The notes under the pieces are model-generated. The model had not been told where the DNA came from. It made no database searches and worked only from the letters and a program-made list of their open reading frames with translations. DNA of 64,000 bases from an uncultured delta proteobacterium (GTDB taxonomy: Bacteria; Desulfobacterota; Desulfobacteria; Desulfobacterales; Desulfosalsimonadaceae). The DNA lies in NCBI GenBank assembly GCA_963826785.1, contig CAWGYD010000001.1:768001-832000 (forward strand). The letters run 5' to 3'. Made by a program: the position numbers and the translations under genes. Positions 50,442 to 59,926 of this stretch are shown piece after piece (positions within the stretch are counted from its first letter, which is position 1; the number at the start of each line of letters is the position of its first letter).

Positions 50442-51239
50442 TCAAGAATGATTTTGGTCCACTCGGCTCACCCGCAAAAGAGGATCCTGTCGGTAATATT
50501 CCTTAAGCACCCGATAGAGTTCAGGCGCATGTTGGTGCATTTGCCGGGGTTGATCGAAAAACTGTTCTGTGGCTACAGCAAAGAATTCAGCTTCATTGGT
50601 CGCACCATAAGAATCGAGAAATGATTTTTTTCCATGCTGGGCGTCATGCCTGAGGCGGAGATATTCAAGGGAACATATTTTCACCCAATCCTTGTATTCC
50701 TTGCGGTCCCGCATCGGCGGGGTGCCGTCGGCCGCGCCATCGAGCATATCCAGCTTGTGGGCGAATTCATGATATATGACATTGTGGCCCAGCTCCGGAT
50801 GGCGTCCGCCCTTTAGCGCAGCATCCCAGATAATGATGACAGGCCCTTGCCGGAAGGCCTGCCCGATAACGGGCCGGCTGATTTCCACAGGCGCCACGAC
50901 ATTTTCAAAAAAGCCCGGATGATGCTGAGGCGGAATGACCGTAGAGGGGTAAACGATGATAGATTGAACATTCCGATAATAGTCATGAGGGATCCCCAGC
51001 AGCAATAGACAAGCCTGGGCGGATATGGTGACCCGTATCTCATCGCTAAGCACCAGCCCCCCGGCCCCCTCCCAGTTTTTTTCGGCGATGAAAACTTGAA
51101 TCAAAGCACGCAACTGTGCGCGTTCATCAGAATTCAGCATGCAATAATGAGCCACATTATGCTGGATAATGGCTTCCCATGAGGAAGGAAATGGAGTTGC
51201 CATTAATTTTTTGCGCCGACCATGATCAAAAAAGCGCAT
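50442..51239 (-). CDS. MtfA-like zinc metallopeptidase (M90)
   Basis: AQACLLLL, HEFAHKLD, YGATNEAEFFAVATE. Confidence 0.9.
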   Translation of the reverse strand: MRFFDHGRRKKLMATPFPSSWEAIIQHNVAHYCMLNSDERAQLRALIQVFIAEKNWEGAGGLVLSDEIRVTISAQACLLLLGIPHDYYRNVQSIIVYPSTVIPPQHHPGFFENVVAPVEISRPVIGQAFRQGPVIIIWDAALKGGRHPELGHNVIYHEFAHKLDMLDGAADGTPPMRDRKEYKDWVKICSLEYLRLRHDAQHGKKSFLDSYGATNEAEFFAVATEQFFDQPRQMHQHAPELYRVLKEYYRQDPLLRVSRVDQNHS

Positions 51240-51365
51240 GTTTTGATCCTCATCAAATTTAATTGAAACAGAAACCGGGAAAGATTGAATCTGTTCACTC
51301 TTTTACAAGATGCCAAATATCCAGGCAATAATTATCGAAGATTATGATAGAGACTGTATTCGATA

Positions 51366-51401
51366 GGCGACCCTCTTAGCTTGAAAGAGAAGAGGGTCGC
51401 C
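51366..51401 (-). terminator. terminator after nucleotidase gene
   Basis: AGGCGACCCTCTT / AAGAGGGTCGCCT inverted repeat. Confidence 0.65.
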
Positions 51402-51414
51402 TTGGAAAAAATAC

Positions 51415-53607
51415 TTATGGCGTCACATAGGTTACCCGCCCAAGGGCAGTCCCTTCGGGGCCATAGACAACCGCGGGAACGGCGCCGCCGAATGTCGGGA
51501 GATAGTTGAGCAGGGCCATCCATTCCTTGAGTTCCATCACGCCGGCATCAGGAGTGGCATCGATGCGGTAGTTGATGAAGTCGGCTGACGCAAGGGGCGT
51601 TCCATCCGCCTTTTTGGGCTCAAGAGGGAATCCGTAGCCGGTAACCACGTTGAGCATCTGCAGGGCATAGAGGTCGACGGCTATGTGGTAGAGCCTGTCC
51701 GGATCAAATGGGTTGATAAATACCGGTGTACCGGTGCAGAACGGGTCGGCCGGCGAATAGAGGTACACGGCCTGAACCCCGTGAAAACTCGCCGCCTGGG
51801 AAGGATCATAGACGATGTTGAGCCCCGAAAAATTCAGGTAATAATCCGACCCGATCATCCGGGAAAGCGTCATCCCGACCTCGCACATGGTGTAGACTTC
51901 CATGCCGTTCAAGTATGCATGCATTAATGGGTAACCGGGAGGGGATGTCTGGTAGGGGGAAATCCCCAGGGGCAGGCAGTTGTAGGTGTCCATAAAGGAT
52001 ATCACCCCCGTGTTTCCGGCAAGGATCGGATCACGGATCACCCCGCTGGGCACAACACCGATCTCGACGGGGCTGGCCGGATAATTAAACGGCGCCACTG
52101 CATTGGCCACGTTTCGCACCGCGTCCGCGCAGAGGCTGCCCAGTCCGGTCACCTGGAAGGGGGCAAGATTAAGGTCGAAGCCGGTGGTGGAGACGGGATC
52201 GCTCAATGTCGGCAGGCCGGAATCGGTAAGCGTCGCATCGATGGCGGCATTATAACCTGCCACCATCCCCTGAACAGTGGAATTCCCCGGCACCGTATCG
52301 TTTACATCCAGCAGGTTTAACTCAAACCCCACCACCCGGTCCAGGTCCGGGCTGAAGATTGCATCAAGCCGGCTCAAGTACTCGCCATACTCGCCGGGAG
52401 AAAAGATGATGGTGTTGGAACCGCCTGTCACCACCGCCTCATGAGTGGCCGTGTGGAAGTGCCCGGAAGCAATGATATCGATACCGGAGACATTTTCGGC
52501 CAGGTCGGCATCGTCTCCGGTCCCGTTGTTTTCCACTCCGCCGTGGGACAGGACCACCACCAGATCAACCCCGTCGTTGTCTCGCAGATCGTTGACGCAA
52601 CTCTGGATGAATGCATAATCGTGATTGAAGGTCACCGGCGTAGCCACGGGGGCCTTTTCATCTGAATCGGGGCCTGTCAGCCCGAGAAGTCCGATTTTGA
52701 TGCCGTTGGGCAGTGTCATGATCTTCTTGCTGACGATTGTGCCTGACGGAAGATAATCGAGTGCTGAACCATTTGAAGCCATATTAGAAGCCACGATGGG
52801 CACCGAAAATCCGTTAGCCAGCCCGTTTCCCAGCAGCATCGCCAATCCCTGGGGCCCCCAGTCGAATTCATGGTTGCCGAGGGTGACCGCATCGTATCCC
52901 ATCGCCTGGAAAAACTGGAGAATAATGGGATTGTCGGCGGCAAGATCATAGGCGGTTCCCATGAAGAAATCCCCGGAATCAAACAGCAGCGTGGGGATTC
53001 CAGCCGCTGCCTGACTCTGCCGGACCATGCCGATCAAGGTCGCCAGCCGGGCGAATCCGCCCCGGATGCCGTCATCGTTTAGAGTAAGCGGGGTGTAATC
53101 AATAAACGGTCCATACCCGCTGGCATGGTCATGGACATCTGAGGTCTGCATGATCGTGAACTGCAGATCATTCTTCCCCGCCAGAATGACTTTGACCGTA
53201 TCGGTCCCGGTAAAGGTGTCTGTATCGGTCAGGCTGCCGGAGACCGTTAGTGTCTGGAGCCCCAAAAATAAATGGTCTTGAAGCTCCTGGCGGTCGAATT
53301 TGACCATCAGGTCGGGAACGCCGTCCTCGTCATAGTCGCCGATGCAGGTCGGCTCGGATTTAGCGGATATGTCGGTCCCGTTCGCTTTCAGGGCGACCGT
53401 GTTGACATCGATATCGGCGACATCGTAAGTATCAGGCAGCTCGATATAGGCGGTTACATTGTTGCCATTTGAATTCAGGATGATGGTTTTGGGGTTCAGG
53501 TCCACTACCGAAGAGATGATACCGGCCGCTGCATCAGCCGGATGCATTCCGGTGAACGCGGCAAAATACAAAATGCCAAGCGCCAGTGTTGTAATCGCTT
53601 TTTTCAT
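51415..53607 (-). CDS. secreted bifunctional metallophosphatase/5'-nucleotidase with extra N-terminal domain
   Basis: signal peptide; TSDVH, DSGD, GNHEFD, LSH, GHFH metallophosphoesterase motifs; DYDEDGVPD Ca-binding-like loop. Confidence 0.88.
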   Translation of the reverse strand: MKKAITTLALGILYFAAFTGMHPADAAAGIISSVVDLNPKTIILNSNGNNVTAYIELPDTYDVADIDVNTVALKANGTDISAKSEPTCIGDYDEDGVPDLMVKFDRQELQDHLFLGLQTLTVSGSLTDTDTFTGTDTVKVILAGKNDLQFTIMQTSDVHDHASGYGPFIDYTPLTLNDDGIRGGFARLATLIGMVRQSQAAAGIPTLLFDSGDFFMGTAYDLAADNPIILQFFQAMGYDAVTLGNHEFDWGPQGLAMLLGNGLANGFSVPIVASNMASNGSALDYLPSGTIVSKKIMTLPNGIKIGLLGLTGPDSDEKAPVATPVTFNHDYAFIQSCVNDLRDNDGVDLVVVLSHGGVENNGTGDDADLAENVSGIDIIASGHFHTATHEAVVTGGSNTIIFSPGEYGEYLSRLDAIFSPDLDRVVGFELNLLDVNDTVPGNSTVQGMVAGYNAAIDATLTDSGLPTLSDPVSTTGFDLNLAPFQVTGLGSLCADAVRNVANAVAPFNYPASPVEIGVVPSGVIRDPILAGNTGVISFMDTYNCLPLGISPYQTSPPGYPLMHAYLNGMEVYTMCEVGMTLSRMIGSDYYLNFSGLNIVYDPSQAASFHGVQAVYLYSPADPFCTGTPVFINPFDPDRLYHIAVDLYALQMLNVVTGYGFPLEPKKADGTPLASADFINYRIDATPDAGVMELKEWMALLNYLPTFGGAVPAVVYGPEGTALGRVTYVTP

Positions 53608-53840
53608 AAGATACCTCCATTTGCGGACCTTCATAGTCCGCCATCATGTGATTGGCAAAAAAAACGAAATCTGATAAAGATCCGCCTGTCTGCCTTGCGG
53701 GGGGATCCCGGGTATGCGGATTAGATACAGGAAGAAATCGTGTGTATAGAATATTTCTGGTGTTCATTTCATTTCTTTCCTTTGATTCAAACCAATCGTA
53801 AAAACCATAACCGACAGAAAAGGACTTTGTCGGTTTCAGG

Positions 53841-53880
53841 AAAATAAAAAAGCCGGGCGCTTTTCAGGCAACCCGGCTTT
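53841..53880 (-). terminator. riboswitch expression-platform terminator
   Basis: AAAGCCGGG / CCCGGCTTT stem plus U-tract, overlapping the aptamer 3' half. Confidence 0.8.
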
Positions 53881-53937
53881 CTAAATAGATCCGTGGCTTT
53901 CCGTCTCCGAATTACATTCGGAGTTGGCTTTTTCTGA
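53864..53937 (-). ncRNA. cyclic di-GMP-I (GEMM) riboswitch aptamer
   Basis: minus strand TCAGAAAAAG-CC-AAC-TCCGAATGTAATTCGGA-GAC-GG-AAAGCCACGGATC..AGCCGGGTTGCCTGA; matches GEMM-I architecture. Confidence 0.85.
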
Positions 53938-54102
53938 TCTGTCGAGACGATATATTATGTGGTATTTCAATTATGAGGTACTGATAAGCAATATGTCAAA
54001 TATCCATTGTGCTAAGCGAATGGGGAAAGGTATGCAATATCAAGGGCTCAGATCATTGACAGGCTGGCATAGCGACGCCCTTGCGGGCACATTCCCAACT
54101 TA

Positions 54103-54768
54103 GTGAATCACTTATCTCACATGCGGAAAATGGCAAATCAAAGGTCAGGTCGGCGAAAGTATTACGATATCTTTTCCCACTTCTATGATGGATTTATAAG
54201 GCTGCATTCCCGCAATGACAATGCGGAAACCCGCGCCTTTTTAGTCGATTCGGCAGGGCTTGAGGGCCAGAAAAGCCCCGGCGTCCTGGATGTCTGCTGC
54301 GGCACCGGATCGGTGATTCTGGCGTTTGCGGAGCGGTTTGCCGAGATTGTACCCGTGGGCTGTGATTTTTCCCGGGGCATGCTGCGCCGGGCGCAGGAGA
54401 AGGACGCTTCCGGCAGACTGATCCTGGTGGAGGGGGATGCCGCGGCGCTGCCGTTTGAAAGCGACCTGTTCGATGCGGTCTGCTGCTCCCATGCGCTCTA
54501 TGAACTGAAAGGCCGGGCCAGGGAAGCGGCGCTTTTTGAAATGCGGCGGGTGGTCAAGCCCGGCGGCCGGGTGCTGATCATGGAGCATGAAGTCCCGGCC
54601 AAATTGTGGGTCAGGGTTCTGTTTCACATCCGGATGCGGATGGTGGGGTCAAAGGAGGCTTCCGCGTTTTTAAGGCAGGGCAGGGCGGCCTTCGAGAAAA
54701 TCTTTGCCGAAGTCTCCCTGTCGCACACCCCGTCCGGAAAAAGCCGGCTGTTTACGTGCCGGAAATAA
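54103..54768 (+). CDS. class I SAM-dependent methyltransferase (UbiE-like)
   Basis: VLDVCCGTG, DFSRGML, GDAAALPF, RVVKPGG; start uncertain (54103/54121/54130). Confidence 0.88.
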   Translation: MNHLSHMRKMANQRSGRRKYYDIFSHFYDGFIRLHSRNDNAETRAFLVDSAGLEGQKSPGVLDVCCGTGSVILAFAERFAEIVPVGCDFSRGMLRRAQEKDASGRLILVEGDAAALPFESDLFDAVCCSHALYELKGRAREAALFEMRRVVKPGGRVLIMEHEVPAKLWVRVLFHIRMRMVGSKEASAFLRQGRAAFEKIFAEVSLSHTPSGKSRLFTCRK

Positions 54769-54852
54769 GCAATTCGCGTTTTGCCGCCCACATCAAAAAA
54801 TCCGCCTGACCGACACCCGAAGGGCTTTTTAAACTTCCGGCTTGCATCATTT

Positions 54853-54868
54853 ATGAGTATATGCTTAT
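54853..54868. promoter_or_regulatory. palindromic operator copy 1
   Basis: ATGAGTATATGCTTAT; similar to copies at 56819 and 62264. Confidence 0.55.
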
Positions 54869-54948
54869 TATTCAAAATCAGTATCGAGAAAACAGTTACA
54901 TCCCCGGTTTCGGTTTCAAAATTTCTGAAAGGTACGATCGAAAAATCA

Positions 54949-55665
54949 ATGGATATTTATGAGCAATTGAAACAGGCGCTGAAAGAACAGATCCGCACCC
55001 GCCACCTTGCCGGAAAGCGGATTCACGTCAACTGCCGCGCCCTTTCCGCCCGGGAGGCCATCGGCGACCCCGAGCACGACGATTACCCCATCATCAAGGG
55101 CAAAGAATCGATGGTGGAGGCCGAGTTCTGCGGCGCCAGGGGCCAGGCGTTCTCTGATGATTTTGAAAACACCACCCTCGATATCGAGGATCTGCTCAGT
55201 CTCGATCTGGATTCGAACCGATCCAGGGCCACGTTTGTCGCCGCTTTGAATGCGATTTACCGGCATCTCGGACTGATCGAAAAGACGGTGCACTGCCGGG
55301 ACCAGGAGCCCGTGGAATGCGCCTCGCATCTTTCCGACATCATCGCCCCGGGGAAAAGGGTGCTTCTGGTGGGGCACCAGCCCAGATTTCTGGAAGCGCT
55401 TTCGGCAGGCAATCGGGTGCGGGCGGTGGATATGGATGCAGGCAATATCGGCAAAGCATTTTCCGGCATCATCATAGAGCCGCCGGAAAACACCGATGAT
55501 GCCATCGGGTGGGCGGATTTGATCTTCGCCACCGGCTCAACCCTGGTAAACGGCACTATTACGGTGCTTTTGAACCAGGATACGCCGGTGATCTTTTACG
55601 GGGTGAGTATTTCAGCGGCGGCCAGGATTTTGGGCCTTAATGTCTACTGCCGGTGCGGTCATTGA
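54949..55665 (+). CDS. DUF364/Rossmann-like domain protein
   Basis: LLVGHQP, WADLIFATGSTLVNGTI..FYG pattern. Confidence 0.78.
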   Translation: MDIYEQLKQALKEQIRTRHLAGKRIHVNCRALSAREAIGDPEHDDYPIIKGKESMVEAEFCGARGQAFSDDFENTTLDIEDLLSLDLDSNRSRATFVAALNAIYRHLGLIEKTVHCRDQEPVECASHLSDIIAPGKRVLLVGHQPRFLEALSAGNRVRAVDMDAGNIGKAFSGIIIEPPENTDDAIGWADLIFATGSTLVNGTITVLLNQDTPVIFYGVSISAAARILGLNVYCRCGH

Positions 55666-55687
55666 TGGATGCCAGAAAGGATTTCAA

Positions 55688-56041
55688 ATGAAATGTCAAA
55701 AATGCGAAGTGGAGATAAAGGCGGATGACGCCATGGAAATCCATGGACAGGTCGTCTGCGAAGATTGTTATATCGATATGATGGCAAAACCGAAAACCTG
55801 TGATCCATGGGCGGTTTACAGCGCCAAAAACCTGGAGTCCCTGTCCGGCTCCAATATAACGGAATCACAGCAGGCGATCATCGATTATCTGGAAAAAAAC
55901 GGGCCGACTCCGCCGGAAAAACTCGCCTCCGATCTGAACCTGAGCCTCTCCGAGTTCGAGCGGGAAATGGCCGCCCTGCGGCACATGGAAAAAATACGGG
56001 CCCAGCTGCAGGAAGGCCGCAAGGTGATCTGCCTCTGGTAG
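55688..56041 (+). CDS. Zn-finger + winged-helix small protein
   Basis: CQKC..CEDC, TCDPWAVYSA, wHTH-like C-terminus; AAGGA RBS. Confidence 0.8.
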   Translation: MKCQKCEVEIKADDAMEIHGQVVCEDCYIDMMAKPKTCDPWAVYSAKNLESLSGSNITESQQAIIDYLEKNGPTPPEKLASDLNLSLSEFEREMAALRHMEKIRAQLQEGRKVICLW

Positions 56042-56193
56042 CGGCGATTCGCAAATCCGGTACCGCAAAATTCCCCGCCAGGGGCGCACTTGTCAGTGGC
56101 GACGCTATATGGCGTTCAATGTGCCCTTATGGGCGCGGGACACGACGAACGGGTTGTTCAAGAAATGACGCCGCAGAGAACCCGTAATCGGAC

Positions 56194-56745
56194 TCACGAC
56201 AGATCGATCTCCAGGTCCCGGTGGATCTTTTTCATCCATTCGGGTATTTTCCGGTCGTCCGCTTTGTAAAAAGGCTGCACATAGGGCTTGATGTCGATAA
56301 TGGGGCTGCCGTCCACCGCGTCCAGTCCCTTTACGTTCAGCACATTGCCGTTGCGGCCGAGCAGCGGTACGGCCGACACCAGCACGGGATTGGGCCGGGC
56401 CGGGCTGCAGGTGGCGAAAATTCCCTGCAGGGGCAGGTCTTTGCGCCCCATGGGGTGCACCTTCTGAAGTTCCCGGCGCCCCGGTTCCACCAGGTGCGGC
56501 CAGTAAAGCACCAGGATGTGCGAAAAATCCTCGATGCCGTCCAGCAGGGCCGTCCATTTCGAAAAGATGATCAGTTCGCTGGTGCCCGCTTTGACCTTTT
56601 CGTGGTTTTCGCGGATTTTTTCAATCCGCTCCTCAAGCGCAATTCCTGATTCGCCCGCCGTCAGAAAGGGCTTTTTGATGCTGCTGCTCACCCGGCCGAT
56701 GGGGGTCAGCTGCATTTCCGGCCAGTTGTTCTGAATGTCGTCCAT
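56194..56745 (-). CDS. tsaA: TrmO/TsaA-family tRNA methyltransferase
   Basis: LTPIG, FSHILVLYW, GIFATCSPARPNP, GLDAVDGSPIIDIKPY. Confidence 0.9.
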   Translation of the reverse strand: MDDIQNNWPEMQLTPIGRVSSSIKKPFLTAGESGIALEERIEKIRENHEKVKAGTSELIIFSKWTALLDGIEDFSHILVLYWPHLVEPGRRELQKVHPMGRKDLPLQGIFATCSPARPNPVLVSAVPLLGRNGNVLNVKGLDAVDGSPIIDIKPYVQPFYKADDRKIPEWMKKIHRDLEIDLS

Positions 56746-56818
56746 TCGGAATTCTCCTTTGAAGAATATTGATCAACATCATAAATATTGGCAGAGTTTG
56801 ACTTGAAATTCAAGTTTT

Positions 56819-56834
56819 ATGAGCATATGCTTAA
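56819..56834. promoter_or_regulatory. palindromic operator copy 2
   Basis: ATGAGCATATGCTTAA in the divergent tsaA/MBL promoter, downstream of TTGACT. Confidence 0.6.
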
Positions 56835-56927
56835 AAACTAAGCATAGCACGCGAAGGGGGAAAAAGAAATTTCTGGTCATCGGCGCAGATGCCGCAGGAG
56901 TCACGGGCAACACAGAAGGATCCGTTC

Positions 56928-57614
56928 ATGAAAATCACCATCCTCTATGACAATACCGCATGGGATAAAGATCTGATCGCCGACTGGGGCTTTGCCTGCC
57001 TGGTGGAGGCCCACGGCCGGTGCGTATTGTTTGACACCGGCGCCAGGTGGCCCATTCTTGATACGAACATGAAGACACTCGGCATCGATTCTTCCCGGAT
57101 CGACTGCGTCTTTATCTCGCATGACCACTGGGACCACACCGGCGGGCTTGCCGGGATGCTCAAGCAAATCCGGGTTCCGGTCTATGTCCCCGATTCCTTC
57201 AAGGGCGCCGGCAATATCGACGGCGCAGTCAGCATCCTGGAATCGCAGGCGATCGGTGAACATATTTTCTCCACGGGGGAGCTCAAGCACATCGAGCAGG
57301 CGCTTGTCATCCAAAACGGGGATGAACTGGTCGTGGTGGCCGGGTGCGCCCACCCGGGCGTGGGAGAGATTCTCGCAGCCGCATCGGAATTCGGAACTGT
57401 CGCCCACCTGGTCGGCGGATTGCACGGGTTTGATCAATTTTCCCTGGCCAATGATCTGAAAAGCATCTGCCCCACCCACTGCACCCGGCACATCCGGGAG
57501 ATTGCCGCCTACTGCCCGGACAAATACATCCCCGGCGGCGCAGGAAAGGTCATTTCAATTGATCAGACCGGCGGAATCAACCCGGACGCTAAACAGGCAG
57601 TAAATCCTCCATGA
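56928..57614 (+). CDS. metallo-beta-lactamase-fold protein
   Basis: ITILYDN, LFDTG, SHDHWDHTGG, GCAHPG, GGLH, PTHC. Confidence 0.88.
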   Translation: MKITILYDNTAWDKDLIADWGFACLVEAHGRCVLFDTGARWPILDTNMKTLGIDSSRIDCVFISHDHWDHTGGLAGMLKQIRVPVYVPDSFKGAGNIDGAVSILESQAIGEHIFSTGELKHIEQALVIQNGDELVVVAGCAHPGVGEILAAASEFGTVAHLVGGLHGFDQFSLANDLKSICPTHCTRHIREIAAYCPDKYIPGGAGKVISIDQTGGINPDAKQAVNPP

Positions 57615-58135
57615 GAAAAGGATATGTCCAAATCTATACCGGCGACGGCAAAGGAAAAACCACGGCAGCCCTGGGTCTGGCCCTTCGTGCGGCCGGCGCC
57701 GGCCTGAAAGTCTATTTCGGCCAGTTCTTAAAGAAATGGGACTACTGCGAGTTAAAAGCCCCGGAGCGCTGCGCAGACCTGATCACCATCGAGCAGTTCG
57801 GCAGCGGTGAACACATCATCGGCGCCCCCAAACCGCAGGACATCGAAGCCGCCCGGCGCGGCGTGTCCGCGGTCCGCGAGGCCATGGCCTCCGGCAGATG
57901 CGACATGGTGGTCATGGACGAGGCCGGCGTGGCCGAACACTTCGGCGTCATCCCAACCGGCGAGATCCTGAAGATCATCAGAGAAAAGCCGGACAGCATG
58001 GAGCTGGTCATCACCGGCCGATGGGTTTCGGAACAAATCCTCGTCGCGGCCGACCTGGTCACCGAAATGAAAATGATCCGCCACTACTACAACAAACCCC
58101 TGTGCGCCCGGGCGCGCAAAGGGATCGAAAACTGA
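57611..58135 (+). CDS. cobO: cob(I)alamin adenosyltransferase
   Basis: YTGDGKGKTTAALG, QFLK, ELVITGR, ADLVTEM, ARKGIE. Confidence 0.9.
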   Translation: MRKGYVQIYTGDGKGKTTAALGLALRAAGAGLKVYFGQFLKKWDYCELKAPERCADLITIEQFGSGEHIIGAPKPQDIEAARRGVSAVREAMASGRCDMVVMDEAGVAEHFGVIPTGEILKIIREKPDSMELVITGRWVSEQILVAADLVTEMKMIRHYYNKPLCARARKGIEN

Positions 58136-58429
58136 TTGTCGGCCCCTGAGACCCGGAACCGCCCCTTCCGATTTGTCCTTCCTGGGATGCCGGAGTTTCC
58201 AAAATTTCCTTCTTCAAAGCACCAGATCTGTTTGCCCCCGCGTAAAAATATCTCTTTAAATCGATATGTTTAATTGATATGCTCGAAGCAAAAGACAGAA
58301 GAAAATGACCATTTGGTCATTTACCATGAAAGCAACATATTGGAGAATGTGATATCGAGAACTTTTTCTGAATATCACCCTTCTGAAGTGAGATATTGAC
58401 CGAATTCGCTCGATATGAAGATTTCGTAA

Positions 58430-58482
58430 GCGAATTGGCTGTAAAATTAATGAGCGATTAGTACATTCATTTCTTGTTGGGC
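58430..58482 (+). mobile_element. putative integron attI / array start (core GTTGGGC)
   Basis: GTTRRRY at 58476-58482 with no matching upstream RYYYAAC; AT-rich; precedes first cassette. Confidence 0.5.
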
Positions 58483-58503
58483 GTATAAACAAGGGAGGGA
58501 AAT

Positions 58504-59028
58504 ATGATCGACATTTCGTTTGAAATCGGTGGGAAGAAAGTTAATCCCAACAATATAGGTGATGCGCTTGAAAAAGCAATTCTGCAATCAGTAGTCGAAA
58601 ATATTACAAAGAAACTTAGCACTGTTCGTTGCGCAGAGCATGGTCGTCAACCTCAAGTGAAAGTGAAGGGGCATAGTACTGATAAATTATCATTTGAAGT
58701 CAAAGGGTGTTGCCAGACACTCATTGACAACTCTCTCAAAAAATTAAGGAAAATATCAGGAGAAAACAATGAATGGTCCGCCGGAAGTACCTCCTCATGT
58801 CAAGCTCGCTCAAGAAAAGGCCGAATGGGATGCAAAACAAAAGGAAAAAACAAAATCTCAATATGTTGTTATCACCGACATAGACATCCCATTCACGAAG
58901 CTTATAGGGTTTCTGGTAAAATTGGCAATTGCGGCCGTTCCTGCCGGTATAATTTTTGGCATTTTATGGATGATACTTGCAACAGTATTTTTTGGTGGGG
59001 CAATGAAGTAGCAATCCAATTTGATTAA
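58504..59028 (+). CDS. cassette 1 hypothetical protein (CxxH..GCC); 3' half probably run-on
   Basis: GGGAGG RBS; low GC; last 86 codons overlap the next ORF. Confidence 0.65.
   Translation: MIDISFEIGGKKVNPNNIGDALEKAILQSVVENITKKLSTVRCAEHGRQPQVKVKGHSTDKLSFEVKGCCQTLIDNSLKKLRKISGENNEWSAGSTSSCQARSRKGRMGCKTKGKNKISICCYHRHRHPIHEAYRVSGKIGNCGRSCRYNFWHFMDDTCNSIFWWGNEVAIQFD
58769..59011 (+). CDS. cassette 1 small membrane protein
   Basis: AGGAG RBS; VVITDIDIPF..LVKLAIAAVPA hydrophobic segment. Confidence 0.7.
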   Translation: MNGPPEVPPHVKLAQEKAEWDAKQKEKTKSQYVVITDIDIPFTKLIGFLVKLAIAAVPAGIIFGILWMILATVFFGGAMK

Positions 59029-59072
59029 CCTATATTTGAAAGCGTCCTAATACTAACAAACTGAACGGAGTC

Positions 59073-59145
59073 GCCGAACGATCGGTTGCACATGGATTGC
59101 AATTCCGCTGCACTCCATTGCAAACCGTGAACCGAAGCGTTGGGC
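59073..59145 (+). mobile_element. integron attC site 1
   Basis: GCCGAAC..TCGGTTGCAC..TTGCAAT/ATTGCAA..GTGAACCGA..GTTGGGC imperfect palindrome, 73 bp. Confidence 0.85.
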
Positions 59146-59165
59146 TTGAAATGAAAAGTTTGCTC

Positions 59166-59783
59166 ATGAGTAATGATATTCAAGCTATTTTTGAAAATAT
59201 AAAGACTCAGTACGGAGATGTTGCAAGCTGGGCAGTATGGAAACGTCATAGAGGCAATAGTTTGGTATCGAATATGGAAATAGAAGGTCTTTTTGATTTA
59301 GACATCAATTCTGAAATATTAGACCAGCTCAATAATAATATCATTATGGTTGGTTACAACTTTTCAATACCGCTGAATAATCCACCGAGATTTCATAATT
59401 TCCACACCTACAATGGTGCAAATATGAAACATAAGACCTTATGGAATGCATCAAAAATAAGATATGCTTTAACAGGCACTCCGTGTTATGGAGCATACAT
59501 GACTGATATAATAAAAAACTATGTTGAATCTAAATCGGAAAATGTGAAAACAGCCGACATTGATAACGACTTTAGGGTATTCCGCAAGGAACTTAAAACC
59601 TTACAATCTGATAAACCAACCATTATCGCTTTTGGAAGTAAAGTGTATAATTTGTTAAATAAACATTTAAAATCTTATGAATATTCAAAATTAATTGGTG
59701 TAACACACTATGCTCATTACGGTGATGGCTGCGCAACTCATGAAGGATACAGAGCAAAAGTACTAGACCAATTATCAAAATAA
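59166..59783 (+). CDS. cassette 2 hypothetical protein, possibly UDG-superfamily fold
   Basis: very AT-rich ORF between attC1 and attC2; MVGYN, YMTDIIK, IIAFG, THY; alternative ATG 59151. Confidence 0.7.
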   Translation: MSNDIQAIFENIKTQYGDVASWAVWKRHRGNSLVSNMEIEGLFDLDINSEILDQLNNNIIMVGYNFSIPLNNPPRFHNFHTYNGANMKHKTLWNASKIRYALTGTPCYGAYMTDIIKNYVESKSENVKTADIDNDFRVFRKELKTLQSDKPTIIAFGSKVYNLLNKHLKSYEYSKLIGVTHYAHYGDGCATHEGYRAKVLDQLSK

Positions 59784-59789
59784 ATGATG

Positions 59790-59877
59790 GCCCAACCACC
59801 GTCTCAACCAGATGCCGGATACTATGCGGTTTTTTAGCTGGCGTCCTTGGCGGCGCTGGTTAGCCGGAATGTTGGGC
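59790..59877 (+). mobile_element. integron attC site 2
   Basis: GCCCAAC..CTCAACCAG..CTGGTTAG..GTTGGGC, 88 bp, 6 nt after stop codon. Confidence 0.85.
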
Positions 59878-59926
59878 GTTAAGGCAGGTACGGTTCAGAG
59901 AGCTATAAACGGAGGAGAACGCGCCT

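Noticed and set aside
54065..54084. TGGCAT..TTGC as sigma54 promoter
   Set aside because: Spacing does not fit GG-N10-GC
58136..58492. Integron integrase next to the attI-like site (e.g. 58256..58492 minus ORF)
   Set aside because: Too short, with no tyrosine-recombinase motifs
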